DNA of 63,835 nucleotides from IMG/VR virus record IMGVR_UViG_3300007515_000008, positions 1-63,835 of that record. The stretch is one strand, 5' to 3'. The stretch comes from a virus. Its lineage: Duplodnaviria > Caudoviricetes. The notes beneath the pieces are model-generated. The model was given only the letters and a program-made list of their open reading frames with translations. It did not search any database and was not told the origin of the DNA. Both the position numbers and the translations under genes were made by a program. Below are positions 47,351-58,028 of this stretch, piece after piece (positions within the stretch are counted from its first letter, which is position 1; the number at the start of each line of letters is the position of its first letter).

Positions 47351-49522
47351 ATGGAAATAAAAAAAGTAACTGATGAAGAACTGATTGCTCAGATTGATTC
47401 AAAAGTTCGTAATAGTATTGGAGGTCTGACGGGCGCTGGTGATTTGTCCGCTAGAAGAGAGAATGCTACGTATGAATTTAATATGTCGCCGTTGGGTGAT
47501 TTAAAACCTCAAGGAGTCAGTAAGATAGTATCTTCTGACACGACTGAAATCATTGAGAGTTATACCGCTCTTACTACTAAGTTATTACTTGACAACAATA
47601 AACTAGCAAACTTCGTACCTAGAAGTACTAAACCACGTGATATTCATCAAGCTAAAGTAGCTTCGGATGTAGTTAATTATTGTATCTTTAATAAGAATGA
47701 TGGTTGGAAGACAATAAACACTTGGGTTAAATCTGCTTATTTATACGGCAATGGAACACTAAGTTGGTCTTGGGTAGAAGACTCTGAATATGAAATGGAA
47801 GAGTACGATCAAATTCCTGAAACAGTATTAGATGAATTACTTGCTGATCCGTTAGTAGAGATTGTAGGTGATTTAGAAGTTGCAGAGAATTATGATCCTA
47901 ACCAACAAGAGCAAGTATATCAGAACGTAAGGCTTCGTAGGACAATTGATAAATCAAAAGTAGTTATTGAAGCTATTCCACCTGAGGCATTTCTAATTAA
48001 TAAAGATGCTAAGGGAATTCAAGACGCCACGTTTGTAGCTAAAGTTGTAGAACTTAGTTATTCAGAGATTCGTCAAATGTTCCCTGACTTCCATAAAGAT
48101 TTGTCAGAGATAGGTGAGAATTCTGAAGTTGGTCGAGGTATGTCTTGGTCGCAAGAAATATCATCTAGGAAGTCTTCTGCCGGAATAGACAATTGGTTAG
48201 CTAACGAGACTTTAGATGATTCTGACGAAGCTAATACTATAATAGAAGTCATAGAATGTTGGATTAGATCTGACAGAGATGGTGATGGTGTAGCAGAATT
48301 AAAACATGTAATTAAAGCTGGTGAAGATATTCTACAAGAAGATGATGTATCTTATATTCCTGTAGCTGATTTAAATCCAGTAGAGATTCCTCATGAGTAT
48401 CATGGTTTATCTTTAGCTGATATGGTTCGTCCTCAAATGCAGGCAACTACAGCTATATTAAGAGGTTTTGTAGAAAATGTATACTTTGGAAATTATGGCA
48501 GAACACTTGCTGATCCAAATGTAGTAGACTTTTCAGCATTACAAAATCCAGTACCTAAACAAGTTATTGCTACTAATGGTCCTGCTGTTAATTCAGTTCA
48601 ACAAATAGGACCTGAGCCTATATCTTCTGGAACACAAGGCATGTTAGAATATCTACAGTTGCAGAAAGAACAATCAACAGGTTTAACTAAAGCCGCTATG
48701 GGATTAAATGATGCTTTATATGTATCAGGAAACTCAGAAGCAAAATTAGCACAAACACAAAATGCTGCTCAAATACGTATTGAGCATATAGCAAGAAGAT
48801 TTATGGAAACTGGATTTAAAGATCTATGCCGTGGATTATTAAAAGAAATGAAGCAGAATATTAAAGAAGATATGATGTATAAGACTGATAAAGGTTATGC
48901 CTCAATATCTCCTGCAGATCTGCAAATGATTCCTTCTAATTTAGACTTAGATATTCAAGCTAATTTAGGGGAGAACTCCAATCTTAATATGCAGCATAAG
49001 TTACAGCAAATAGGTGAATTGATTCCTTTAATGGCTCAAGATCCTACTGCTAGAAAGTATATATCTAAAGATGCTGCTTTTAATTTAGGTGTTAAGATGG
49101 TTAATTCTATGGGATTAGATCCACTTGATTACTTCGTAGATCCAGATGATCCACAAGTAATGAAGGAAATAGAAGCAAGAGAACAAGAAAGAAAACAGCA
49201 AGAACAGCAACAAGCCCAAGCTGTGCAAGATCAAAATGCTGCTAATACTAGTCTTATTAAAGCTGAAATAGATAATAAGAAGATAGATAATAAACGTCAA
49301 TTACTTGAAGCGGAAGATGAAAGTAATAGAAACTGGGCTGAGATTAAAATTAAAGCTGAGGGAACTGAAGGTGCTTCATTGCCTACAAAAATCCCTGTAA
49401 ATTTCCAAGGTCTATATCAAGACACAGAGGAGAGTGAGAAACAAGCTGCACTGCAGCAACAACAGCAACAACAACAAATGCAGCAAATGCAGCAAATGCA
49501 AGGAGGAATGCAAAATGGGTGA
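47351..49522 (+). CDS. Portal protein
   Basis: Follows TerL; IPPEAFLI, DRDGDGVAE, PHEYHGLSLAD; Q-rich C-terminal barrel. Confidence 0.9.
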   Translation: MEIKKVTDEELIAQIDSKVRNSIGGLTGAGDLSARRENATYEFNMSPLGDLKPQGVSKIVSSDTTEIIESYTALTTKLLLDNNKLANFVPRSTKPRDIHQAKVASDVVNYCIFNKNDGWKTINTWVKSAYLYGNGTLSWSWVEDSEYEMEEYDQIPETVLDELLADPLVEIVGDLEVAENYDPNQQEQVYQNVRLRRTIDKSKVVIEAIPPEAFLINKDAKGIQDATFVAKVVELSYSEIRQMFPDFHKDLSEIGENSEVGRGMSWSQEISSRKSSAGIDNWLANETLDDSDEANTIIEVIECWIRSDRDGDGVAELKHVIKAGEDILQEDDVSYIPVADLNPVEIPHEYHGLSLADMVRPQMQATTAILRGFVENVYFGNYGRTLADPNVVDFSALQNPVPKQVIATNGPAVNSVQQIGPEPISSGTQGMLEYLQLQKEQSTGLTKAAMGLNDALYVSGNSEAKLAQTQNAAQIRIEHIARRFMETGFKDLCRGLLKEMKQNIKEDMMYKTDKGYASISPADLQMIPSNLDLDIQANLGENSNLNMQHKLQQIGELIPLMAQDPTARKYISKDAAFNLGVKMVNSMGLDPLDYFVDPDDPQVMKEIEAREQERKQQEQQQAQAVQDQNAANTSLIKAEIDNKKIDNKRQLLEAEDESNRNWAEIKIKAEGTEGASLPTKIPVNFQGLYQDTEESEKQAALQQQQQQQQMQQMQQMQGGMQNG

Positions 49523-49748
49523 GATATGGTTTTATGATCATTCTGCTTTAACTTATATTAAACCATCAGCTTTTACAGTTGATGCTAATAATAGGTTAAC
49601 TGGCAATGTTACTAAAATGGATGGAACAACAAATGTTGCGGTAGCAGCAGGAGATTTATTAGTTTCTTTTGATAACATGGATGGAGTGACTGGTACTACT
49701 ACAGTAGCAGGTGCATTAGTTCACACTACATTAGTTTCAAAAGCATAA
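49515..49748 (+). CDS. Small virion-associated hypothetical protein
   Basis: AGGAGG RBS before MGEIWFY. Confidence 0.5.
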   Translation: MGEIWFYDHSALTYIKPSAFTVDANNRLTGNVTKMDGTTNVAVAAGDLLVSFDNMDGVTGTTTVAGALVHTTLVSKA

Positions 49749-49768
49749 TCATGGGAGATTGATGAGAG

Positions 49769-50089
49769 ATGAGTGATTATAAAAGACATAAAGAACACGT
49801 GTCTGTAGGTGGTAAACCTAAAAAGGTCACACCTTATGATGATAGTCAACGTGTTCTACAAAAAGGATGGCAATGTGAAGAACTAAAAGACACAATGACA
49901 TTTGTATATGAAGACTTAATGAATGATTTATTTAAAGCTTGGATTACAACTAAACATCATGAAACTCAAGCTCGTGAATTTATTTATCATCAAGTAGTTT
50001 CATTAGGAGCTGTTCAATCTAATATTGAAAGAGCAGTTACTGCTAAAAACAACAAAACCAAAGAGATGGAAGGAGATGTAGATGGTTAG
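49769..50089 (+). CDS. Conserved head-cluster protein
   Basis: W..T...ETQAREFIY motif; between portal and scaffold. Confidence 0.6.
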   Translation: MSDYKRHKEHVSVGGKPKKVTPYDDSQRVLQKGWQCEELKDTMTFVYEDLMNDLFKAWITTKHHETQAREFIYHQVVSLGAVQSNIERAVTAKNNKTKEMEGDVDG

Positions 50090-50285
50090 TTTAGAACAGA
50101 TAGAAAAAGCTATTGATCAAATAGAACATATGATTGGAGTTATGATTAGTGATATTGCGCTTGGCGCGTCATACACTAGAGTTAATGCAACAGCTTGTTT
50201 AGATTTAATAAATTTAAAAAAAGAGTTGTTAATACGAAAGACCGCACTAGAGCCTAAAGTGGTAAAATCAAAGGCAAAGAAATAG
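50082..50285 (+). CDS. Hypothetical protein
   Basis: ORF with AAGGAG RBS. Confidence 0.5.
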   Translation: MVSLEQIEKAIDQIEHMIGVMISDIALGASYTRVNATACLDLINLKKELLIRKTALEPKVVKSKAKK

Positions 50286-50360
50286 AGGTTCTTGAAGAAC
50301 CCTGATGAGAGATGATATGAGAGTTGTTCAAGACTCTCTTAAACTATAGGAGACTTATTT

Positions 50361-51497
50361 ATGAGTGAAAATTCTACCCAAACGGATGATGCAAACACGA
50401 ATGAATCTGACTTTGACAACGCGATGGATGATGCGATTGATACTTTATTAGATAGAGCAGTAGAAAGAGGTACTTTATCTGCTATTCCTGAAAATGAAGA
50501 GGAAGTTGAATCTACCCAAAACGAAGACGAAGTCACAGAAGAACTTGAAAGCGAAGAGGAAGACCACGCTGAAGAGGACGCTGACGATGTTGATGATGAT
50601 GAAACTGAGACCGCTACCGATGAAGAGGAATCTGAGGACGATGAAGAATCTACCCAAGATGATGAATCTGAAGAAATAGAGGAAGGTGAACTTGATATGG
50701 AGTTTCTTGTACCGGTTAAAATAGACGGACAGGAATCTGAAGTAACTATTGAAGAGTTGATCAAAGGTTATCAGACTAATCAGAGCCAGACTAAAAAAGG
50801 TCAAGAACTGGCGGAACAAGCTAAACAGTTAGAGGTTGAGAAAGAGAAATCACAAATTTATCAAAAGATAAGTGATGATTTACTTAAACAACAAGATGAT
50901 CGCGACTTAACTTTATTGAAAAATAAAAAAGCTGTTATGGACAAAATGGCTAAAGATGGTTTTGTTGAGGGTGTTGATGATGATTTAGCAACACTACAAT
51001 ACAAATATAGATCTTTAGAAGATGAATATAACAAACGTAAAGAAGAGCGCAGTAAAATTACGGATCAAATGATTGAGACTCAAGAAGAAGAGTTTCGTGA
51101 AACAATGAAGAAGAATGTTGAAATTTTCCAGAAGGAAATTAAAACATTAATTCCTGATTGGTCTGAAAATATAGCGAAAGATAACTATGCATTTGCAGTT
51201 GGAGAAGGGATTCCTGAGGAATTTGTTTCTACAATTACATCTCCTGTTATTGCTAAATTTATAGATGATTATCGTAGATTAAAAACATCTGCTTCTAAAG
51301 GTGCTAAGAAAAGAAAGAAGGCACCGATTAAGACAGTATCAGCTAAAAAGCCTGTTTCAAAACAAAATAAATTAAAGAGTAAGAGTGTTGATGCTCGTAA
51401 GAGACTTCAGAAAGGTAAAGGAACTGATAAAGATCTAAAAATCCTTAATGATGATATTTATGAAAGTATATTTGACAATTCAGAACTCTTTAATTAG
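50361..51497 (+). CDS. Capsid scaffolding protein
   Basis: Acidic N-terminus, VKIDGQESEVTIEELIKGYQ...TKKGQELAE, coiled coil; precedes MCP. Confidence 0.88.
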   Translation: MSENSTQTDDANTNESDFDNAMDDAIDTLLDRAVERGTLSAIPENEEEVESTQNEDEVTEELESEEEDHAEEDADDVDDDETETATDEEESEDDEESTQDDESEEIEEGELDMEFLVPVKIDGQESEVTIEELIKGYQTNQSQTKKGQELAEQAKQLEVEKEKSQIYQKISDDLLKQQDDRDLTLLKNKKAVMDKMAKDGFVEGVDDDLATLQYKYRSLEDEYNKRKEERSKITDQMIETQEEEFRETMKKNVEIFQKEIKTLIPDWSENIAKDNYAFAVGEGIPEEFVSTITSPVIAKFIDDYRRLKTSASKGAKKRKKAPIKTVSAKKPVSKQNKLKSKSVDARKRLQKGKGTDKDLKILNDDIYESIFDNSELFN

Positions 51498-51514
51498 TCA
51501 AATAGGAGAATATT

Positions 51515-52513
51515 TTGGCAACAACGTTTACAACAGCAACGAACGCGGCTAGTAACCGCGAGGATCTTGCGAACTTTATTTCTAATATTGTTCGTGATGA
51601 TACGCCGTTTATGTCGTCTTGTGGTAGAACAAAAGCTACAGCAATTTTACATGAATGGTCAACCGACGAGTTGCAACCACCAGGCGCTAATAATAACGCT
51701 GAAGGTGCGGCCTTCCCAGGCACACCATCTGCTGGTCCGGTTGTAGTCCGTCTAAATAACAAGACGCAAATCTTTACCAAGTCAATCGAAGTTTCAGGTA
51801 CTATGGAAAATGTATCTAAAGCAGGTCGTAAGTCTGAATTTAAATATCAGTCTGAAAAACGTGGTAAAGAATTAATGCGTGATATCGAGTATGCTTTAAC
51901 GACCAGTAAGGGAATTAAATCATCTTCTGGTAACCGTATCATGGGTGGATACCAATCTTGGGTGCCGGCAGGTAATACTGTTAATGCCTCAGGTGGTGCA
52001 ATCACTGATGGTGCTGGTGACGGTTCTAACGTTCCTGCATCTGCAGGTTCTGCAGCCGCTTTTACACTTTCACAAGTAGATGCTACAATGCAAGCTTGTT
52101 GGGAGAATGGTGGAAGACCAACTACTCTTATGATGTCACCACGCATTAAGCGTAGTTTCTCAACAGCAGCTCAAGGCCAAGTCCAATATGGAAACGTCCG
52201 TCGTAATATCGACGACGATGGTAAGCTTCGTCAATCAGTAGAAATTTATGAAACTGATTTTGGCGCTGTTAAAGTAGTTCCTAATTATATTATGGGACAT
52301 ACTGGTTCAGGTGCCGGCGCAGCAAATGCTGCAGCTGATGATAATATCTTAGTATATGATTCAGCTATGTTTAAGATGGCTACACTTCGTCCGTTACATC
52401 ACAGAGATATCTCTGAAGATGGTGATAGATTACGTGCGTTAATGGTACATGAAACTACTCTTGAGTGCTTGAATCCAAGTGCTTCAGGTTTAGTTGATAA
52501 CCTTAGTGGCTAG
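51515..52513 (+). CDS. Major capsid protein (phiEco32/SU10 DUF5309-type), TTG start
   Basis: NREDLANFISNI...TPF...HEWSTDEL, NKTQIFTK...VSGT, KELMRDIE, YETDFG. Confidence 0.92.
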   Translation: MATTFTTATNAASNREDLANFISNIVRDDTPFMSSCGRTKATAILHEWSTDELQPPGANNNAEGAAFPGTPSAGPVVVRLNNKTQIFTKSIEVSGTMENVSKAGRKSEFKYQSEKRGKELMRDIEYALTTSKGIKSSSGNRIMGGYQSWVPAGNTVNASGGAITDGAGDGSNVPASAGSAAAFTLSQVDATMQACWENGGRPTTLMMSPRIKRSFSTAAQGQVQYGNVRRNIDDDGKLRQSVEIYETDFGAVKVVPNYIMGHTGSGAGAANAAADDNILVYDSAMFKMATLRPLHHRDISEDGDRLRALMVHETTLECLNPSASGLVDNLSG

Positions 52514-52524
52514 TAATTAGTCCG

Positions 52525-52554
52525 TAACCCCGGGTTCAAACTCGGGGTTATTTT
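52525..52554 (+). terminator. Intrinsic terminator after the major capsid gene (position analogous to T7 Tphi)
   Basis: TAACCCCGGGTT-CA-AACTCGGGGTTA followed by TTTT. Confidence 0.75.
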
Positions 52555-52572
52555 AACATAAGGAATATTAAT

Positions 52573-52875
52573 ATGAGTGCGATAAAAGCTGGAGTTAAAG
52601 AAGGTAGAGGAGTGGCAACTCAAGAGATTTCTGATTATTTAGATTATGCTAAAGATATGAGAAATGTAACACAGAATTTTGATAAAACTACTATGAGAAG
52701 TTTTGCTATAATACCAGATATTGTAGCTATTGATATATATACAAAATATGGTATAGATGTACATGCAGATGATTTTATAAAACATCCTGCTACTGTTAAT
52801 AAACTCAAGCGAATAATAAAACAAGAATATCCGAAGCTACTAACAGGTGGCATTTCAAACAGATTTAAAATTTAG
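52573..52875 (+). CDS. Conserved hypothetical protein after MCP
   Basis: MRSFAIIPDIVAIDI..KYGID. Confidence 0.6.
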   Translation: MSAIKAGVKEGRGVATQEISDYLDYAKDMRNVTQNFDKTTMRSFAIIPDIVAIDIYTKYGIDVHADDFIKHPATVNKLKRIIKQEYPKLLTGGISNRFKI

Positions 52876-52884
52876 GAGATTTAG

Positions 52885-53679
52885 ATGGCTACTATTAAAG
52901 ACCAAGTTACTTTACGAACAGGAGTAGCTGACTGGCTAAACAGGTCAGATCTAACTGATTCTCAAATAGATGATTTTATTACTATAGGCGAAGCAAGACT
53001 TTATGAAGATCTTAGAGTCCCGCCTTTAGAAGTTGTTCAATCATTTTCAGTAACATCTTCAAATTCTAGTATTATAATTCCTGCTGGACTTATTGAAATT
53101 ATAGAATTAAAATTAGATGAAACTGATAAAGATGATGATATTGTATTAAGTAGAATTGATTCAAAAACATTTAGTAATCAAAAGGTAGCTCATGCTTATA
53201 CAAGACAAGCAGGTAATTTTCTCTTAACTGATAAAAATGGAGAACAAGAAGCTGCGGGAACTTTTGTAATGACTTATTACAAAGCTGAAGATCCAATAGG
53301 AACTTATGCTACAGCAACTACAGCATCAACTGCGATTGTAGCTGGTAAATATTATAAGATTGCTAGTGCAGGAAATACAAGTTTTACAGGAATCGGAGCT
53401 GCTAATAATAATGTAGGCACTATTTTTCTAGCAACAGGTGCTGGTTCAGGTACTGGTACAGCTTACATAGAAGTTATACCTTGGATTTTAGGAACAGAAT
53501 TTGAAACTATACTTTATGCTTCATGTACAGTAGGTGCAACATTCCTAGGTGATGTGGAGATGGAACAAAAGTTTAATGATTTAACACAAAGAAAAGTTTT
53601 AGCATTGAATCAAAAAGAAGTTAGGGCTAGTATGAAAGGCTCTTCTTTTGCTGCTAGATTTGATTCACCATTATTGTAG
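52885..53679 (+). CDS. Head-tail adaptor
   Basis: VADWLNRSDLT..IDDFI..GEARL...LR; LYAS...A..FL.D. Confidence 0.8.
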   Translation: MATIKDQVTLRTGVADWLNRSDLTDSQIDDFITIGEARLYEDLRVPPLEVVQSFSVTSSNSSIIIPAGLIEIIELKLDETDKDDDIVLSRIDSKTFSNQKVAHAYTRQAGNFLLTDKNGEQEAAGTFVMTYYKAEDPIGTYATATTASTAIVAGKYYKIASAGNTSFTGIGAANNNVGTIFLATGAGSGTGTAYIEVIPWILGTEFETILYASCTVGATFLGDVEMEQKFNDLTQRKVLALNQKEVRASMKGSSFAARFDSPLL

Positions 53680-53687
53680 GAGATATT

Positions 53688-56033
53688 ATGGCAAGAAATT
53701 CCTTTTATGAAGGTGATGTAGGTACTGAAGTTGCTATTGATACTTCTGCTAGTGAAGCTGCTGCTTCCGCAACTGCTGCTGCTAGTAGTGCTTCTACAGC
53801 ATCAACTCAAGCTACTAATGCAGCGTCTAGTGCAACAAGTGCTGCAGCATCTTATGATTCCTTTGACGATAGATATTTAGGAACCAAGAGTTCGGATCCT
53901 TCTGTAGACAATGACGGAGACGCTTTAGTAGATGGAGCTTTATACTTCAATACTACTAATAATGTAATGATGGTATACGATTTAGGTAATACCACATGGA
54001 ATAGAACTACCCCTACATCATCAGATCAAACAAAAATTAATACAGTTTCAGGTATTCAAGCTAATGTTACTACAGTAGCAGGGATATCTAGTAATGTAAC
54101 TACTGTTGCTGGTATAAGTTCAGATGTTACAGCAGTAGCAGGAGATGCTACAGATATTGGTACAGTTGCAGCTAAAGCTACTGAAATAGGTAGATTGGGT
54201 ACTGCAGATGCTGTAGCTGATATGGCGATTCTTGGTACTACTGATGTAGTAGCAGACATGAATACTTTGGCTACTGCTGATGTAGTAGCTGACATGAATA
54301 CATTAGGTACAGCTGATGTAGTTGCAGATATGAATACATTAGGTACTGCTGATGTGGTAGCTGATATGAATACATTAGCAACTTCTGATATTGTAGCTGA
54401 TATGAATTTATTAGCTACAAGTGCAAACGTAACTGCTATGGGTTTACTAGGTAACGCCGATACTGTTGCAGATATGGGAATACTAGGCACAGCCGATGTT
54501 GTAGCAGATTTAAATACTTTAGCAACTGCAGATGTAGTTGCAGATTTAAATACTCTTGGCACAGCTGACGTTGTATCTGATTTAAATACACTCGGTACAG
54601 CTGATGTAGTATCTGATATGAATACTCTTGGTACTTCTAGTAATGTAACTAATATGAATACCTTAGCAGGTATATCAAGTAATGTTACTACAGTGGCAGG
54701 TATATCAGGCAATGTAACAACAGTTGCTGGTATTGCTAGTAATGTAACTAGCGTAGCAGGAAATGCTACTAATATTAATGCAGTTGCAGCAGATGCTTCA
54801 GATATTGGAGCAGTAGCTGGTAAAGCAACAGAAATAGGTAGACTTGGAACAGCTGATGCTGTTGCTGATTTAGCTGTTTTAGGTACAGCAGATGTTGTAT
54901 CTGATTTAAATACATTAGGAACTGCAGATGTAGTCGCAGATATGAATACATTAGGTACAGCAGATAATGTAACTAATATGAATACTGTTGCTGATAATAT
55001 CGCAGGAGTTAATAGCTTCGCTGAAAGATATAGAGTAGCAAGTTCAGCCCCTAATAGTTCTTTAGATGAAGGCGATTTATACTTTAACACTACAGATAAT
55101 AAACTATACCATTACAACGGTTCAGCTTGGGTTGAAATAAAAAGTTATTCTGTTCAAGATGGTGAGTTATCACAAGTTAGCTTTACTACTGCAGATAATA
55201 CTAAATTAGATGGCATAGAAGCAAACGCTACTGCGGATCAAACTAATGCAGAGATTAAAACTGCTTATGAAGCTAATTCAAATACTAACGAATTTAGTGA
55301 TGCTGAACAAACAAAGGTATCAAATCTTTCAGGAACTAATACTGGTGACCAAACAATAACCTTAACAGGTGATGTAACAGGTTCAGGCACAGGTTCTTTT
55401 GCAGCTACTATTGCAACTGATGCGGTTGATATTGCAATGTTATCTGCTACAGGTACAGCAAGTAGTTCAACGTTTTTGCGTGGAGATAATTCTTGGGTAA
55501 CACCTACTGATACAAATACAACTTATACTGCAGGCACAGGTTTAACATTAGCTGGAACAGAATTTTCAGCAGCTTCATTAGCTCTAACTACAGTTCAAAC
55601 TGCAGCTAACCAAACAGCACATTTAGCTTTAACTGCTCAAGAAGGAGATGTAGTAGTACGCTCTGATGAAAACAAGAGTTATGTTCATAATGGTGGTACT
55701 GCCGGAACTATGGCAGACTATACTTTACTATTAACACCTACTGATGCAGTACTAAGTGTAGACGGAAATACTGGTGCAGTTACTTTGAATCACGATACAT
55801 TAACTGGTTTTGTTGCCAATGAACATATAGATTGGACAGCAGACCAAGGTGGAACTAATATACATGCTGGTAATTATACTGATACAGTATATACTCACCC
55901 AACATCTGCAGGAAATAAACACATACCTTCCGGAGGTACTGCAGGACAGATATTAAGATATTCTGCTTCAGGAACAGCAGTATGGGGAGAAGACGAAAAC
56001 GATGCGGTTGCTATGGCAATTGCCCTTGGATAA
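53688..56033 (+). CDS. Long tail fibre with 10-aa and 12-aa repeats
   Basis: DSFDDRYLG.K...DNDGDAL..GALYFNT; NVTTVAGISS and ADMNTLGTADVV arrays; C-terminal AMAIALG. Confidence 0.8.
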   Translation: MARNSFYEGDVGTEVAIDTSASEAAASATAAASSASTASTQATNAASSATSAAASYDSFDDRYLGTKSSDPSVDNDGDALVDGALYFNTTNNVMMVYDLGNTTWNRTTPTSSDQTKINTVSGIQANVTTVAGISSNVTTVAGISSDVTAVAGDATDIGTVAAKATEIGRLGTADAVADMAILGTTDVVADMNTLATADVVADMNTLGTADVVADMNTLGTADVVADMNTLATSDIVADMNLLATSANVTAMGLLGNADTVADMGILGTADVVADLNTLATADVVADLNTLGTADVVSDLNTLGTADVVSDMNTLGTSSNVTNMNTLAGISSNVTTVAGISGNVTTVAGIASNVTSVAGNATNINAVAADASDIGAVAGKATEIGRLGTADAVADLAVLGTADVVSDLNTLGTADVVADMNTLGTADNVTNMNTVADNIAGVNSFAERYRVASSAPNSSLDEGDLYFNTTDNKLYHYNGSAWVEIKSYSVQDGELSQVSFTTADNTKLDGIEANATADQTNAEIKTAYEANSNTNEFSDAEQTKVSNLSGTNTGDQTITLTGDVTGSGTGSFAATIATDAVDIAMLSATGTASSSTFLRGDNSWVTPTDTNTTYTAGTGLTLAGTEFSAASLALTTVQTAANQTAHLALTAQEGDVVVRSDENKSYVHNGGTAGTMADYTLLLTPTDAVLSVDGNTGAVTLNHDTLTGFVANEHIDWTADQGGTNIHAGNYTDTVYTHPTSAGNKHIPSGGTAGQILRYSASGTAVWGEDENDAVAMAIALG

Positions 56034-56047
56034 TATAGGAAATAGAA

Positions 56048-56389
56048 ATGGCAAATACATTTAAATTAAAAACTAAAGCTGGTATAGACGCATCATTGGT
56101 TACGATATACACTGTACCAAGTTCTACTACTACTGTAGTGATAGGACTTACTATTGCAAATATAAATGCAGGTTCAGTAACAGCTGATGCACAGATAGTA
56201 ACGGCTTCTTCTTCGGGAGAAAATGCAGATGATGTATATGTCGTTAAAGCTATACCATTACCAGCAGGTTCTTCGGTAGAAGTTATGTCGGGTAATAAAA
56301 TTGTTCTCGAAACAGGAGACGTAATTAAAGTCAAAGGTTCTGTAACTGATTCAGTAGATGCTATACTTAGCATTATGGAAATAACATAG
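56048..56389 (+). CDS. Small tail connector/structural protein
   Basis: MANTFK...YTVP...VIGLTIAN...KIVLETGD...LSIMEIT family. Confidence 0.65.
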   Translation: MANTFKLKTKAGIDASLVTIYTVPSSTTTVVIGLTIANINAGSVTADAQIVTASSSGENADDVYVVKAIPLPAGSSVEVMSGNKIVLETGDVIKVKGSVTDSVDAILSIMEIT

Positions 56390-56399
56390 GAGATATAGT

Positions 56400-58019
56400 A
56401 TGCCTTATATAGGAAAGGAACCCGCTAAGGTTCCAGTAACAGCTGCTGATATTCCTGACAATAGTATTACAGCAGCTAAGATCGTAGACGGTGCTATTAC
56501 TATAGCTGATATAGCAGATGATGCAGTTACAGAAGATAAGTTAGCTAATGCAATTAATACTGCTATTGCTGCTAATACAGCTAAGGTAACTAATGCTACA
56601 CATACTGGTGAAGTAACAGGTGCTACAGCTCTTACTATTGCTGCTGACGCTGTTGACGGAACAAATATTGCTGATAATGCTATTGGTAATGAGCATATAG
56701 AAGATGATGCTGTAGGAATTGCAGAACTAAGTGCAACAGGTACAGCGAGTAGTACAACTTTCTTAAGAGGTGATAATTCATGGGTTACTCCAACAGATAC
56801 AAATACAGTTTATACTCATCCTAATCACTCTGGAGAAGTAACTTCAAGTGCTGATGGTGCAACGGTTATTGCTGATAACGTTGTAGACGAGGCTAATCTT
56901 AAAGTATCAAATAGTCCTACTAACGGACAATTCCTTTCCGCTCAATCTGGAAACACAGGTGGTCTAACATGGGCTGCTGCAGCTGGAACTTTAGATGGTT
57001 TAACAGACTGTACAGTATCTTCATCTTCTCCAACAGTTACAACTAATCCATCAGCAGTTGGGCATATCTGGATAAAAGAAAATTCAGGTGATGTTTATGT
57101 TTGTACTGATGCAACTACTAATGAAAATACATGGGTTAATACTGGAGGTCGTTCTGGTGATATTGTCCCCAATATTCAGATAGATTATCTTGTAATTGCT
57201 GGTGGTGGTTCAGGAGGTAGTGATAATGCTGGAGGAGGAGGAGCAGGAGGTTATCGTAATTCATACAATAGTGAAACATCTGGTGGTGGGGGTTCATCCG
57301 AAACAGCAATAAGTATAGGGGACGGCGTTTCTCTCGTAGTAACAGTTGGTGCTGGAGGTTCAGGTACATCTGGTGGTGCTAGAGGAAATAATGGTACTAA
57401 TTCATCAATAATTGGTACAGGTGTATCTATTACTTCTACTGCTGGAGGAGCTGGAGGTGGTGATACTTCTGGTCAACGTACAGGTAATAACGGTGGCTCA
57501 GGTGGTGGTGGAACAGGTAATTCTAGTTCAGCAGCTGGAAGTGGTACAGCTAATCAAGGTTATGCTGGTGGTAATGGTCACTATGGTAGTGGTGCAGCTT
57601 CCTCTGGAGGTGGAGGTGGAGGCTCTGGTGGTGGTGCTCATGATGCAATTCATACTTATGCTGGGCAAGGTGGTGCTGGTACATCTTCTTCTATTACAGG
57701 TTCATCTGTAACAAGAGCAGGTGGAGGCGGTGGCGGTGCTCAAAATGGTACTCCGGGTGCAGGTGGTTCAGGCGGCGCTGGTAATGGTGGTGATAATAGC
57801 CCTTCAACTGATCCAACAGTTCCAACTGCTAATACTGGTTCTGGAGGAGGCGGTGGAAAAAGTAGTGGTGGTGCTGGTTCAGCTGGTGCTTCAGGTGTTG
57901 TGATACTTCGTGTGCCAACATCTAGTTATTCGGGTACAACATCAGGTTCCCCTACGGTAACAACAAGTGGTTCAGATAAAGTTCTAGTATTTAATGGTTC
58001 AGGTTCGTATACAACATAA
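56400..58019 (+). CDS. Tail fibre with glycine-rich domain
   Basis: MPYIGK start; YLVIAGGGSGG...GGGGAGG...ANTGSGGGG...SGVVILR. Confidence 0.75.
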   Translation: MPYIGKEPAKVPVTAADIPDNSITAAKIVDGAITIADIADDAVTEDKLANAINTAIAANTAKVTNATHTGEVTGATALTIAADAVDGTNIADNAIGNEHIEDDAVGIAELSATGTASSTTFLRGDNSWVTPTDTNTVYTHPNHSGEVTSSADGATVIADNVVDEANLKVSNSPTNGQFLSAQSGNTGGLTWAAAAGTLDGLTDCTVSSSSPTVTTNPSAVGHIWIKENSGDVYVCTDATTNENTWVNTGGRSGDIVPNIQIDYLVIAGGGSGGSDNAGGGGAGGYRNSYNSETSGGGGSSETAISIGDGVSLVVTVGAGGSGTSGGARGNNGTNSSIIGTGVSITSTAGGAGGGDTSGQRTGNNGGSGGGGTGNSSSAAGSGTANQGYAGGNGHYGSGAASSGGGGGGSGGGAHDAIHTYAGQGGAGTSSSITGSSVTRAGGGGGGAQNGTPGAGGSGGAGNGGDNSPSTDPTVPTANTGSGGGGGKSSGGAGSAGASGVVILRVPTSSYSGTTSGSPTVTTSGSDKVLVFNGSGSYTT

Positions 58020-58028
58020 GGAGTAGTT

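Noticed and set aside
50302-50344. CTGATGA followed by a stem, resembling a hammerhead ribozyme core
   Set aside because: The required GAAA after stem II is absent (reads TTAAAC) and stems I/III cannot be built; likely plain leader hairpins
54056-55090. 344-aa - strand ORF
   Set aside because: Antisense shadow of the repeat fibre; no supporting context
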